Source: Clostridia bacterium (lineage in GTDB: Bacteria; Bacillota; Clostridia; Christensenellales; Aristaeellaceae). From it: a stretch of 64,000 nucleotides of DNA. A program made the position numbers and the translations under genes. Shown here one piece after another: positions 18,338 to 30,236 of the stretch. How positions within the stretch are numbered: the first letter of the stretch is position 1; every line of letters starts with the position of its first letter. The DNA is taken from assembly GCA_045546035.1 (NCBI GenBank), contig JAZQCB010000035.1:6445-70444 (forward strand), read 5' to 3'. Below the pieces are notes generated by a model, which was not told the DNA's origin, did not search any database, and worked only from the letters and a program-made list of their open reading frames with translations.

Positions 18338-19537
18338 ATGGGATTATTCAGCAGAAATCCGAACGAAGTTCATTATGCCGGAGGGAAAAAACACTGGGCG
18401 GAGGTCATCAAGAATACCGGAGAGGGAAATCTTCTCATCTGGCGGCAGCCGGAGGAGGATTTCAACACGAATTCCACCCTGATCGTGATGCCCGGGGAAA
18501 CGGCGATCTTCGTTCACGGCGGGACGGTGGAACAGGTTTTTGAAAACGGAACCTACCGGCTGTCCACGGAGAACTATCCCTTCATCAGCCGGCTGCGGAA
18601 CGCCTTTACGGGCGGCATCAGCACCTTCAACTGCGTGGTCTATTTCGTGAAAAGCGCCGACAGCCGGGAAATCCGGTGGGGGACGGACAGCCCGATCCAG
18701 GTTCGGGATAAGGTATACGGCGTCCGGACGGCGGCGCGGGTCCGCGCGGCGTACCGGGTCCGGGTCGTCAATCCCGTACAGTTTCTGCAGAAAATGGTCG
18801 GCAGCAACGTGAACGCGCAGGGACTGGGGGATCTGAGCGACTATTTCGCGGGGGAATTCCAGGGAAGGATCAAATCCGCCGTGTCCCGGTATCTGAACAG
18901 CCTGGAACAGGAGCTGATCGGGCTGGATGCCTATATGGACGAAATCTCCGGGCAGATCATGCCCTATATCGACGAGGCGCTGAGCGAATACGGTCTGAAA
19001 TGCGTCCGGTTTACGCTGGCGGGGCTGGACATCGACACCAGCAAGTATGACCGGCTGGACGAGTCCCAGATGCGGATGATTACGAACCAGCGGGGCGTCA
19101 TGAGCCAGCGGGCGGAGCTGGATACCCTGGGGCCGGACTGGGGCCGCGTGCAGGGAGCGGGACTGCTGCGCGATATTGTGAATCATCCCGGGGCCGCCAT
19201 GGGCGCCGGAATGGGCGTGGGACTGGGAGCGGCGGGCGCTGTCGGAACCATCGCCCGGCAGGTTTTCGCGCCGGGGGCCGACGGGTACCCGCCCCAGCAT
19301 GCCGCCGGGGCTTCCACGTTTGCCGGTTCCCAGAACCATCCGGCCGCCGGGGCTGACGGATTCGCCGGCTCTCCGCCGCGGCCCGGTGTCACGGCGTCCG
19401 GTTCCGCCGGTGCCCCGGCCTCATCCGACCGGGTGGCCCGGCTGCGGGAGCTGAAGATGATGCTGGATGAGGGACTGATCGAGCCGGCGGAATATGACGC
19501 CGCCAAAGCGGATATCCTGCGCGAAATGAGAGGGTGA
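18338..19537 (+). CDS. SPFH/band-7 (YdjI-like) protein with C-terminal SHOCT-like helix
   Basis: STLIVMPGETAIFV, VYFV, WGTDSPI pattern; C-terminal RLRELKMMLDEGLIEPAEYDAAKADIL. Confidence 0.8.
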   Translation: MGLFSRNPNEVHYAGGKKHWAEVIKNTGEGNLLIWRQPEEDFNTNSTLIVMPGETAIFVHGGTVEQVFENGTYRLSTENYPFISRLRNAFTGGISTFNCVVYFVKSADSREIRWGTDSPIQVRDKVYGVRTAARVRAAYRVRVVNPVQFLQKMVGSNVNAQGLGDLSDYFAGEFQGRIKSAVSRYLNSLEQELIGLDAYMDEISGQIMPYIDEALSEYGLKCVRFTLAGLDIDTSKYDRLDESQMRMITNQRGVMSQRAELDTLGPDWGRVQGAGLLRDIVNHPGAAMGAGMGVGLGAAGAVGTIARQVFAPGADGYPPQHAAGASTFAGSQNHPAAGADGFAGSPPRPGVTASGSAGAPASSDRVARLRELKMMLDEGLIEPAEYDAAKADILREMRG

Positions 19538-20211
19538 AGAAGATGGATCGCGACAGCCGTCTGACACTGATCCTGGCCTCGGTGTTTATTGCTGTGTTCA
19601 ATATCGTTTTTTTCGCGGCGGCGGGGACGAAGCATCCGGCCTCCGTCTGGCTGGCGTATGTGTGTATCCACCTGGCCTATCTGGCGCTTGCCGCCACCCC
19701 CAGGCTGGTTCGGGGCGGCAGCGGATCCGCGGTTTTCGGTTTCAGCCTTGGGGCCGTTTCCTTCGCGTTTTTTCTGGCGGAGCTTGCGCTGGGCGTGATC
19801 ATCATCCTGCTGAGGCAGGAAAACATTACTTTTTCCCTGATCAGCCAGGCGCTGCTGGCGGGCGCCTGGGCGGCGGTGCTGCTTTCCCATCTGCGGGCCA
19901 ACGAGCGGACGGCGGAAAGCCTGGAGCGGCGGGAAGATGAAATCGCCTTCGTCCGCGGATGCGCCTCCCGTCTTCGGCTGCTGCCGGGGAAGGCGGGGGA
20001 TCCCCAGGCCGACAGGGCGCTGGAGAGACTGTATGATCAGATGAGGGCCAGTCCCTCCCGCTCCAGACCGGAAGTAAGGGATCTGGAAAACTGGATGATC
20101 AACCGGATCACGGATCTGGAAACCGTGGTCTATCAGGGGGATGTCAGGGGCGTTCTGTCCATCTGCGGGGAAATCAGCGGCGCCCTTGAGCAGCGGAACC
20201 GCTCCCTCTGA
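19534..20211 (+). CDS. membrane protein (about 4 TM plus soluble helical tail), unknown function
   Basis: Four hydrophobic segments then a charged helical C-terminus; GTG start overlaps the SPFH stop (GTGA). Confidence 0.7.
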   Translation: MKKMDRDSRLTLILASVFIAVFNIVFFAAAGTKHPASVWLAYVCIHLAYLALAATPRLVRGGSGSAVFGFSLGAVSFAFFLAELALGVIIILLRQENITFSLISQALLAGAWAAVLLSHLRANERTAESLERREDEIAFVRGCASRLRLLPGKAGDPQADRALERLYDQMRASPSRSRPEVRDLENWMINRITDLETVVYQGDVRGVLSICGEISGALEQRNRSL

Positions 20212-20415
20212 GCCTGCGGGCCTGCGCGGCCTTCCCATGCGTTTTTTTCAGCGCGGGGGTTTCCCCGATGGCTCCTCCCTCAGCTCCGCGCGGATGCTCC
20301 CCTGAGGGGAGAAGATGAATCGCCGAATGAAGCGAAGAATCCTGGTCATCTTCTTCTTTTCACAACCGAATCTTTCGTCCCCGCTGAAGGAAAAAAAGAG
20401 CCCCGAGGGCCATGA

Positions 20416-22557
<2,142 letters not shown>

Positions 22558-22653
22558 GCCGGCGAACGGTACGAAGGAAGAAGAACGGGAAGCCGGCGGC
22601 GGGGAAACGGGCGCGGGACGCGTCCGTCGAGAGCCCCATGAGAGGATGGAAAA

Positions 22654-25221
22654 ATGATTCAAGATAAACTGATCCCTGTCAATCTGGAACAGGAAATGAA
22701 AAAGAGCTTCATTTCCTACGCCATGGCGGTCATTGTGGACCGGGCCCTGCCCGACGTCCGCGACGGTCTCAAGCCGGTGCACCGGCGGATCCTTTACGAT
22801 ATGGCGGAGGAGCTGGGCATGACGCCCGACAAGCCCACCCGCAAAAGCGCCCGCGTCGTCGGCGACGTACTGGGTAAATTCCACCCGCATGGGGATTCCT
22901 CGGTCTACGACGCCATGGTTCGCCTGGCCCAGCCCTTTAACATCCGCTATCCGCTCATCGAGGGCCAGGGCAACTTCGGCTCCATCGACGGGGATGGCGC
23001 GGCCGCCATGCGATATACCGAGGCCCGGCTGCAGAAGCTGACCATGCACCTGCTCGACGGGATCGACAAGGATACGGTGGATTTTTATCCCAACTTCGAC
23101 GAGACCCTGCAGCAGCCCTCCGTGCTGCCGGCCCGGTTCCCGAATCTGCTGGTCAACGGCAGCAACGGCATCGCCGTCGGCATGGCGACGAATATCCCGC
23201 CCCATAACCTGCGGGAAACCATCGACGGCGTTATCTGCATGATCGACAATCCCGACTGCACCATTGACGACCTGATGCAGCATATCAAGGGCCCCGATTT
23301 TCCGACCGGCGGCATGATCATGGGGCGCGCCGGCATCCGGGAGGCCTATTACACCGGGCACGGGAAGATTACCGTCCGGGCCAAATCCACCATCGAGGAG
23401 ATGGGCGGAAACCGCAGCCGCATCGTCGTGACCGAGATTCCCTATCAGGTCAACAAGGCCGTTCTCGTGAAAAAAATCGCCGACCTGGTGCACGAGAAAA
23501 AGGTCGAGGGCATCAGCGACATCCGGGACGAATCCAACGACCGGCAGGGAATGCGGATCGTCATCGAGCTGAAAAAGGATGTTCAGCCCCAGGTGGTGCT
23601 GAATACCCTGTATAAGCATACTTCCCTGCAGGAAAACTTCGGTGCCAATATGCTGGCGCTGGTGGACGGGAAGCCCCGGATCCTGAACCTGCGGGAGATG
23701 ATCTACTACTATCTGGAGCACCAGAAGGACGTGCTGACCCGCCGGACCAGATTCGAGCTCAACAAGGCGCAGAACCGGGCCCACATTTTGGAGGGCCTGC
23801 TGAAGGCGCTGGATCATATCGACGAGATCGTCGCCATCATCCGGGCCAGCAAGGATACAGGCACCGCGAAGGAAGCCCTGATGCTCCGCTTTGAATTCTC
23901 CGACCGGCAGGCCCAGGCCATTCTGGACATGCGCCTGGCCCGGCTGACGGGTCTGGAGCGGGAGAGGCTGATGGAGGAATACCAGGAGCTGGAGAAGACC
24001 ATCGCCCGGCTGACCGCCATCCTGGCGGACGAGCATCTGCTGGTCGACGTGATCAAGCAGGAGATTACCGAGATCCGGGATAAATACGGCGACGAGCGGC
24101 GGACGGAGCTGACCGTCGTGGAAAACGAGATCGATATCGAGGATCTGATTCAGGAAGAGAACATGGTGGTGACCCTGACCCATGAGGGCTATGTGAAGCG
24201 GGTCGCCTCCTCCGTCTATCGGGCGCAGCATCGGGGCGGCCGGGGCGTCAGCGGCATGAACATCAAGGAAACCGACTATACGAACCAGCTCTGCGTCGTC
24301 AGCACCCATCAGGAAATCATGTTCTTTACCAACCGGGGCCGGGTATACAGCCTGAAATGCTATCAGATTCCGGAGGCCGGCAGGCAGGCCCGGGGTACGG
24401 CCATCATTAACCTTTTGCAGATCGCGGGGGGCGAAAAAGTATCCACCATGCTGCCCATGCCGAAGGAAACCGAGCAGGAGTACAATCTGGTGATGGCGAC
24501 CCGGAGCGGCATGATCAAGAAGACCGGGCTGGAGGAATTCCGGAACCTGCGGAAAAACGGCCTCATCGCCATCGCGCTCCGGGAGGATGACGAGCTGATC
24601 GGCGTCCGGCTCAGCTCCGGCGAGGACGAGATGCTGCTCAGCAGCCGGAAGGGCATGTCCATCCGCTTCAACGAGAAGCACGTCCGGAAAATGGGGCGCA
24701 ACAGCATCGGCGTCCGCTCCATGCGGCTGCGGGAGGGGGACGAGGTCATCGACATCGCCGTCATCGAGCCGGAAACCACCGTTCTGGCGGTGACCAGCAA
24801 CGGATACGGCAAGCGCACCGATCCCGAGGAATACCGGGAGCAGGGGCGGAACGGCAAGGGCATCCGGGCCATCAACCTGACGGAGAAGACCGGGGATCTG
24901 GCCGCGCTGCTCTTCGTCCATGAAGAGGAGGATATCCTCCTGATCACCGACGACGGCACCATCATCCGCGCCCGGGCGGCCGATATCCGGATTTGCGGCA
25001 GGACGACCCAGGGCGTCCGGATTATGAAGCTGGCGGAGGGAAGCAAGGTGGTGGCCGTCTGCCGGGCGGAAAAGGAAGAGGATGTTCCGGAGGAGGCGGA
25101 GGTGACGGAAACGGAAGAAAGCCCGGCCGAAGCCTCCGGCACCCTGGAGGGCATGGAACTGCCCGGGGCGAATCCTCAGGAGGAAGAATCCGGAGACCAG
25201 GCTCCTGAATCGGAAATCTGA
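22654..25221 (+). CDS. gyrA: DNA gyrase subunit A
   Basis: [27 protein letters not shown] active site, GyrA-box-like QHRGGRG, beta-pinwheel repeats and acidic tail. Confidence 0.95.
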   Translation: MIQDKLIPVNLEQEMKKSFISYAMAVIVDRALPDVRDGLKPVHRRILYDMAEELGMTPDKPTRKSARVVGDVLGKFHPHGDSSVYDAMVRLAQPFNIRYPLIEGQGNFGSIDGDGAAAMRYTEARLQKLTMHLLDGIDKDTVDFYPNFDETLQQPSVLPARFPNLLVNGSNGIAVGMATNIPPHNLRETIDGVICMIDNPDCTIDDLMQHIKGPDFPTGGMIMGRAGIREAYYTGHGKITVRAKSTIEEMGGNRSRIVVTEIPYQVNKAVLVKKIADLVHEKKVEGISDIRDESNDRQGMRIVIELKKDVQPQVVLNTLYKHTSLQENFGANMLALVDGKPRILNLREMIYYYLEHQKDVLTRRTRFELNKAQNRAHILEGLLKALDHIDEIVAIIRASKDTGTAKEALMLRFEFSDRQAQAILDMRLARLTGLERERLMEEYQELEKTIARLTAILADEHLLVDVIKQEITEIRDKYGDERRTELTVVENEIDIEDLIQEENMVVTLTHEGYVKRVASSVYRAQHRGGRGVSGMNIKETDYTNQLCVVSTHQEIMFFTNRGRVYSLKCYQIPEAGRQARGTAIINLLQIAGGEKVSTMLPMPKETEQEYNLVMATRSGMIKKTGLEEFRNLRKNGLIAIALREDDELIGVRLSSGEDEMLLSSRKGMSIRFNEKHVRKMGRNSIGVRSMRLREGDEVIDIAVIEPETTVLAVTSNGYGKRTDPEEYREQGRNGKGIRAINLTEKTGDLAALLFVHEEEDILLITDDGTIIRARAADIRICGRTTQGVRIMKLAEGSKVVAVCRAEKEEDVPEEAEVTETEESPAEASGTLEGMELPGANPQEEESGDQAPESEI

Positions 25222-25290
25222 GCGGGGAAGCATCACCGGACCGCGCCGGACCCCTCCGAAGTCCGGGACTTTCCCTTCAGACCATAACAG

Positions 25291-25328
25291 AAATGGCCTT
25301 CCCGCAGCGAATTGCGGGAAGGCCATTT
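25291..25328. terminator. bidirectional terminator between gyrA and the CDF gene
   Basis: Perfect 16-bp stem aaatggccttcccgca / tgcgggaaggccattt between convergent genes. Confidence 0.8.
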
Positions 25329-25419
25329 GTTCACTTCTTCCCGGGAGACGCAAGGAGCGCCGTCCCGGAGGAGGGCTTTCGGAGACCGCTTCTGAAACGG
25401 CACATGGGTACGGAGCGAC

Positions 25420-26589
25420 TCAGCTGACGCTGAAATCGGTATCCAGGGCAATCTGCAGGTCGTAATCCGGATAGGCCTTTGCCATTTCCGCGACGATTTC
25501 ACGATGGACGGCGCGGCGGTCCGGCGCCTTGAAGCTGACGACCACGTCGAAGCGGATGGATTTTGGGTTTTCCCGCACATAGAAACCGTGCATCTGCTGC
25601 ACATAGGGATGGGCCATGACCATTTCCCGGATCCGATCCCGCATGAGGGCGGCTTCATCGTGGGAGGTGTTGACGGAATAGATGCTGATGCCCGTCATGG
25701 CCACGTTGTGTTTGGCATAAACCTGAAGGGCAATGTCCCGAAGCAGGGGATCCAGCTCCGCCGCGGTGCAGGTGTCGGGCACCTCGATATGGACGGAGCC
25801 GTTATAGGTGTCCGGGCCGTAATTGTTCAGCACCAGGTCGTAGGCGCCGCTGACGCCGGGGAAGGAGGTAATCGTTTCCCGGATGCCGCGGGCCAGCTCC
25901 GCTTCCGCCCGCTCGCCCAGCAGCCGGGACAGGGTATCCCGCAGCATTTCCACACCGGATTTAATGATAAACAGAGAGATAATGGCGCCCAGCCAGGCTT
26001 CCAGGGACAGGCCGGTAAGCAGGAAAATGACGGCGGCCGCCAGGGTCGAGGCGGAGATAATGGAATCCATCGTGGCGTCCTGGCCGGAGGCGATCAGGGA
26101 ATCGGAATGCACATTTTCTCCGATGGACTTTACGTATCGGCCCAGCAGGATTTTGACCACCACGCCGACGCCGATGATGATCAGGGAGACAGGGGAATAA
26201 TCCGGGGTATCCGGGGAGATGATCTTCTGAATCGACTCGATCAGGGACGTGATGCCGGCGTAAAGGACGATGACCGAAATGACCATGGCGGTCAGATATT
26301 CAATCCGGCCGTAGCCGAAGGGATGCTTCTCGTCCGGCTCCCGGCCGGCCAGCTTCGTGCCGACAATGGTAATCAGGGAGGAGGCCGCGTCGGACAGGTT
26401 GTTGACCGCGTCCATGACGATGGCGATGGAATGGCTCAGGACGCCGACCGCCGCCTTAAATCCCGCCAGGGCCACGTTGGTCAGGATGCCAATGACGCTG
26501 GTCCGGATGATGATCTTATCCCGCTGGGCGGATTCCCCGCTTTTTCCCCGGGGCTTGAGCTTGTTTCTGATTTCCGCGATGGTTCCCAT
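25420..26589 (-). CDS. cation diffusion facilitator (CDF) transporter
   Basis: SIAIVMDAVNNLSD, HPFGYGRIE, six TM segments and duplicated C-terminal dimerisation-like domains; AGGAGG RBS before ATG 26589. Confidence 0.9.
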   Translation of the reverse strand: MGTIAEIRNKLKPRGKSGESAQRDKIIIRTSVIGILTNVALAGFKAAVGVLSHSIAIVMDAVNNLSDAASSLITIVGTKLAGREPDEKHPFGYGRIEYLTAMVISVIVLYAGITSLIESIQKIISPDTPDYSPVSLIIIGVGVVVKILLGRYVKSIGENVHSDSLIASGQDATMDSIISASTLAAAVIFLLTGLSLEAWLGAIISLFIIKSGVEMLRDTLSRLLGERAEAELARGIRETITSFPGVSGAYDLVLNNYGPDTYNGSVHIEVPDTCTAAELDPLLRDIALQVYAKHNVAMTGISIYSVNTSHDEAALMRDRIREMVMAHPYVQQMHGFYVRENPKSIRFDVVVSFKAPDRRAVHREIVAEMAKAYPDYDLQIALDTDFSVS

Positions 26590-26723
26590 GCTGTTTCCTC
26601 CTGGACGATGGTTGGTGTATTCCGGCGGCATGCCCGCTGCTGCTATTTTACCATGCGGCCTTCCGCTTCACAAGACGGCGCCGGGAAAAAGGCAGGCGGG
26701 ACGCGCGGACCGTAAGCGCCGGT

Positions 26724-26752
26724 TTGACAGAAGGAGGGGAAAAAGATACAAT
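26724..26752 (+). promoter_or_regulatory. sigma-70 promoter for the Ig-like gene
   Basis: TTGACA-17bp-TACAAT. Confidence 0.75.
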
Positions 26753-26802
26753 AAAGAACAACGGAAAACCCGTGAAATGCTCTTGAAGTGGAGGCGTATA
26801 TC

Positions 26803-28461
26803 ATGAGAAAAACAGCGTTTTGGCTGAGCCTGCTGCTCGCACTGTGCGTGATAGCCGGCTGCGCGGCGGCGGAGGGCGTCGCCGTGAAGAAGCTGATCCC
26901 GGCGGATAAAAGCGTGACGGCCTATGTGGGGCGGACAACGGAACCGCTGAAGATCAAGATTGCTCCGGCCAACGCCTCGGATCAGACGCTGACCTGGGCT
27001 TCTGAAAACGCGCAGATCGCGGAGGTGAACGACGAGGGCGCGGTGACCGGCGTCGCCGTCGGAAAAACGGTGGTGACCGCTACGGCGGAGGGCGGAAAAA
27101 GCTGCAAAATCACGGTGACCGTCCTGCAGGGGGCGGAGGCGATCACCCTCGATCCGTCGGAACTCTCCGTCGCGAAAGGGAAAAAAGTGAAGGTTACGGC
27201 GAAGGTGTCCCCGGCCGGCGCAGCAAAGACGAAGATCCGCTGGACTTCCTCCGACCCGAAGGTGGCCGTCGTCCGGGACGGAACCGTGACCGGCAAAAAG
27301 GGCGGCTCCGCGGTGATTACCGCCGAAACGGAGGACGGCGGCGCCTCTGCGGAGATCGGGGTCACGGTGGTGGAGCCGGTGACCTCCGTCAAGGTCAAAA
27401 AAAGCAAGCTCACCCTGACGGAAGGGGATGAGACGGTCATCGAGGCGGTGGTGCTGCCTTCTTCGGCGGGCAATCAAAAACTGACGTGGGCCTCTTCGAA
27501 CCAGAAGGTGGCGACGGTTTCCGACGACGGAACCGTTTCCGCGGTGAGCCCCGGGAAAGCGACGATTACGGCGGCCTCCACCGACGGCACGAAGAAATCG
27601 GCGAAGGTTCAGGTCACCGTCGGTACCATTAACGTGGCCACCATCCGGAAAATTGATTTTTACCGCGGGAATTACAATCCCACGATCAAAAACAACTGCG
27701 CAAAGACGATCACCGGCGTCCAGATGTGGTTTACCTCCTATAAACGGGACGGCGAGGTCATCTACACCGGTCTGTATGACTTTGACGACATGAAGCTGAA
27801 GCCAGGGAAATCCACGGACGACTTTTACGCTCCCGTCCAGAACCGCAGCAGCATTGCCTACATCGAGGCGCGGGTCAGCATGGTGACCTTTGCGGACGGA
27901 AGCACAAAAACCATTCCCTTCGACAGAGCCAAGGTCACGACCTACGGCACGAAGCCGAAGACCCTTGCGAACGCGGGCACGTCCACCGGCGCGGGCGCAG
28001 CCGTGAACACCGCTGAAGCGGCGGAGCAAACGGCGGAAGAGCGTGCGGCGGCGGACGCTGCTGAAGAGGCAGGGCAGACGGCGGAGGAGCGTGCCGCGGC
28101 GGAAGCGAAAGCTGCAAAGGAAGCGAAAGCCGCGGACGAAAAAGCGGCTGCCGGGCAAACGGAGGAAGAGCAGGTGGCGGCGCAGATGGCGGCGGATGCC
28201 GGCCTTGCGGGCGCCGGCAGCGCCGGGAATTCGTTTGAGGGAACCTGGAAGGGCAGCGGCGCGACGCTGGAGCTGGCGCAGGACGGAAGCGGGAAGCTGA
28301 CTGTCGCCGGCAGCACCTATCTGCTGACCTGGACGGCGAACGGTTCCACACTGTCCCTGAAGCAGCCGAACAACGCCAACGCTTCTGTCATCAAGGGAAC
28401 CCTCAGCGGCGATACCCTGACCCTGACGATCGCTCAGGCGCAGCTGAAGCTGAAGCGGTAA
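26803..28461 (+). CDS. secreted protein with three Big_2 Ig-like repeats, Ala/Glu-rich linker and small C-terminal beta domain
   Basis: Signal peptide; three LTWASxN/xVAxVxDGxVT repeats; AEQTAEERAAA repeat linker. Confidence 0.8.
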   Translation: MRKTAFWLSLLLALCVIAGCAAAEGVAVKKLIPADKSVTAYVGRTTEPLKIKIAPANASDQTLTWASENAQIAEVNDEGAVTGVAVGKTVVTATAEGGKSCKITVTVLQGAEAITLDPSELSVAKGKKVKVTAKVSPAGAAKTKIRWTSSDPKVAVVRDGTVTGKKGGSAVITAETEDGGASAEIGVTVVEPVTSVKVKKSKLTLTEGDETVIEAVVLPSSAGNQKLTWASSNQKVATVSDDGTVSAVSPGKATITAASTDGTKKSAKVQVTVGTINVATIRKIDFYRGNYNPTIKNNCAKTITGVQMWFTSYKRDGEVIYTGLYDFDDMKLKPGKSTDDFYAPVQNRSSIAYIEARVSMVTFADGSTKTIPFDRAKVTTYGTKPKTLANAGTSTGAGAAVNTAEAAEQTAEERAAADAAEEAGQTAEERAAAEAKAAKEAKAADEKAAAGQTEEEQVAAQMAADAGLAGAGSAGNSFEGTWKGSGATLELAQDGSGKLTVAGSTYLLTWTANGSTLSLKQPNNANASVIKGTLSGDTLTLTIAQAQLKLKR

Positions 28462-28688
28462 GCTGCAACAGGATTCGCTGTGGAAGCGGAGAATCCGCCC
28501 CGGGCGGTGAAAATGCCCGTCGGGGCGGTGAAAGAACCGGATGGGCTTTCAGGAACCTTCCGGGGCGACCAAGGCACAGAACGGAGCGGCGAAAGAACCG
28601 GCGAGCGGGACTTTTCGATCCGGAGGGCGGCGGGCCTTCTTCCAGAGGAAGGAGGTACCCGCCGTTTTTTCACACAGCCCTTTTGATT

Positions 28689-28707
28689 AAACCATTTATA
28701 TTGGTTT
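28689..28707. promoter_or_regulatory. palindromic operator 1, AAACCA-N7-TGGTTT
   Basis: aaacca-tttatat-tggttt; same arms as the site at 28753-28771. Confidence 0.65.
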
Positions 28708-28747
28708 TGGTGCTTCGGATTTCCCGAAAAAAGGCTCTTTTTCCCCG

Positions 28748-28776
28748 TTGACAAACCAAGAATTCTGGTTTAAGAT
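28748..28776 (+). promoter_or_regulatory. sigma-70 promoter of the repressor/mutagenesis cassette with operator 2 in its spacer
   Basis: TTGACA-17bp-TAAGAT; aaacca-agaattc-tggttt (28753-28771) spans the whole spacer. Confidence 0.8.
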
Positions 28777-28780
28777 GTTC

Positions 28781-28846
28781 GCAGAAGCAGAAGCAGAAGC
28801 AGAAGCAGAAGCAGAAGCAGAAGCAGAAGCAGAAGCAGAAGCGGAA
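28781..28846 (+). repeat. (GCAGAA)10 plus GCGGAA hexanucleotide microsatellite
   Basis: Ten perfect units 28781-28840 and one imperfect unit, immediately after the -10 box. Confidence 0.97.
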
Positions 28847-28895
28847 ATCGAAGCGGGCGGCGGCCCGGCGAAAAAGGAAAGAAGGCGGGAATCGG

Positions 28896-29735
28896 ATGAG
28901 CAGAGCGGCGGCCGACGGAGCAAAAAAACGAAACCTCGAAGGATACGGGCTGAAGATCAAGGCCTATCGTAAGAAGGCGGGTCTGTCGGCGGAGGAGCTG
29001 GCCCGGGCGCTGGGGGTGACGGTCGGCTCCGTGCGGAACTGGGAATGCGGGCTTTCCCGCCCCGATCCGGAATCCCTTTTCCGGCTCTTCTCCGCGCTGG
29101 ATGTGGATCCGAACGCATTCTTTGGCATCCGGGGCGTGGGAGCATCCCTGTCGGAAAGGGAAAGAGGCCTGGTGGGGCTTTTCCGTTCCATGGACGAGCG
29201 GGGCCGGGCGGATTTCTTCGCCGTGGGGGAGGCGCTGGCCGGGCGATGCCGCGAGATCCGGCTGCGGGACATCCGGGAAAGGCTGGTGGCCCTGCCGGAC
29301 TTTGGGCGCAGCGCCGCGGCGGGCGCCGGGGACGAATGGCCCCAGCAGGCGGAGGCGGAAACCGTGCTTTTGTACAACAGGCCGGAAACCGCCGGCGCGG
29401 ATGAGATCATTACCGTGACCGGGCACAGCATGGAGCCCGCCTATCATGATCATGACCGGATCCTGGTCCGGCACTGCGCGGAGACGCGGATCGGCCAGGT
29501 TTACGTGTTTTCCCTGCCGGGGCAGGGCATCGTGATCAAGGAAGCGGCGAAGGACCGGCTGCATTCCCGGAACGAGGAATACGAGGATATCATTCCTACG
29601 GAAGAGGGCGCCGGGCTGATCGGCCGGGTGCTGGGGATCATCGATGAGACCATGATTCCGACGGGGGAGGAAAAGGCGCTGTATGAGGAAGCCGTGAGGC
29701 AGGAGGAGGGATGCGGCCATGTTGCTGGCCTGTGA
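28896..29735 (+). CDS. XRE-HTH + S24 peptidase repressor (LexA/CI-like)
   Basis: HTH LSAEELARALGVTVGSVRNWECG; Ala-Gly cleavage site (SAAAG); catalytic Ser (GHSMEP) and Lys (VIKE). Confidence 0.88.
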   Translation: MSRAAADGAKKRNLEGYGLKIKAYRKKAGLSAEELARALGVTVGSVRNWECGLSRPDPESLFRLFSALDVDPNAFFGIRGVGASLSERERGLVGLFRSMDERGRADFFAVGEALAGRCREIRLRDIRERLVALPDFGRSAAAGAGDEWPQQAEAETVLLYNRPETAGADEIITVTGHSMEPAYHDHDRILVRHCAETRIGQVYVFSLPGQGIVIKEAAKDRLHSRNEEYEDIIPTEEGAGLIGRVLGIIDETMIPTGEEKALYEEAVRQEEGCGHVAGL

Positions 29736-29907
29736 AAAATGTCGGTATGTCTTTGCTGTTCAATCGCTTCCGGACCGGTGTCCGGATTGCGGTCATCACC
29801 GCCTTCGCGCCGCGACCCACGAGGAGGAGGACTGGTATTACGACCTGCAGCGGGAAAAGGAAAACTGGCCGCTGCTGGGGACGGCTCCGACGGGAAAGGC
29901 GGGATGA
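29719..29907 (+). CDS. small zinc-ribbon protein
   Basis: CEKC...CPDC; GGAGG RBS; overlaps the repressor stop. Confidence 0.7.
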   Translation: MLLACEKCRYVFAVQSLPDRCPDCGHHRLRAATHEEEDWYYDLQREKENWPLLGTAPTGKAG

Positions 29908-29910
29908 AGC

Positions 29911-30177
29911 GTGGCGGATCGGATTTATGTCAGAGTGAATTCCGACTTTGACAATACCGGGTTCATGCAGCCCCGATCCATTACCTGGAGGGATGGCCGC
30001 GTCTTCAAGATCGATCAGGTAACCGATTTTCGCCCCGCCTCCTCCGTGGGTATGGGCATCCGGGGGGACTGCTATACCGTCGTCATCCGGAACGAAAAGA
30101 AGCATCTGTTCTTTGAACGGGCGGATTCCCGGTTCGACAACAGCGTGGGCCGCTGGTTTGTGGAAGCGGCCGATTAA
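29911..30177 (+). CDS. small conserved protein associated with Y-family polymerase loci
   Basis: GTG start 3 nt after the previous stop; pattern PRSITWRDGRVFKID..DFRPA...LFFE...RWFVE recalled from clostridial dinB/umuC neighbours. Confidence 0.65.
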   Translation: MADRIYVRVNSDFDNTGFMQPRSITWRDGRVFKIDQVTDFRPASSVGMGIRGDCYTVVIRNEKKHLFFERADSRFDNSVGRWFVEAAD

Positions 30178-30236
30178 AGAGCCGCGGCGCCAGGGAAAAA
30201 TGAGGGCAGGAAACGCCGGAAAGGAGGGAAACGGGG

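Noticed and set aside
28748-28972. Poly-(Glu-Ala) peptide ORF across the microsatellite, and its antisense poly-LL/SA/FC ORFs
   Set aside because: The candidate starts overlap the -35 and -10 boxes, so they lie upstream of the predicted transcript start; they are by-products of the hexamer repeat.
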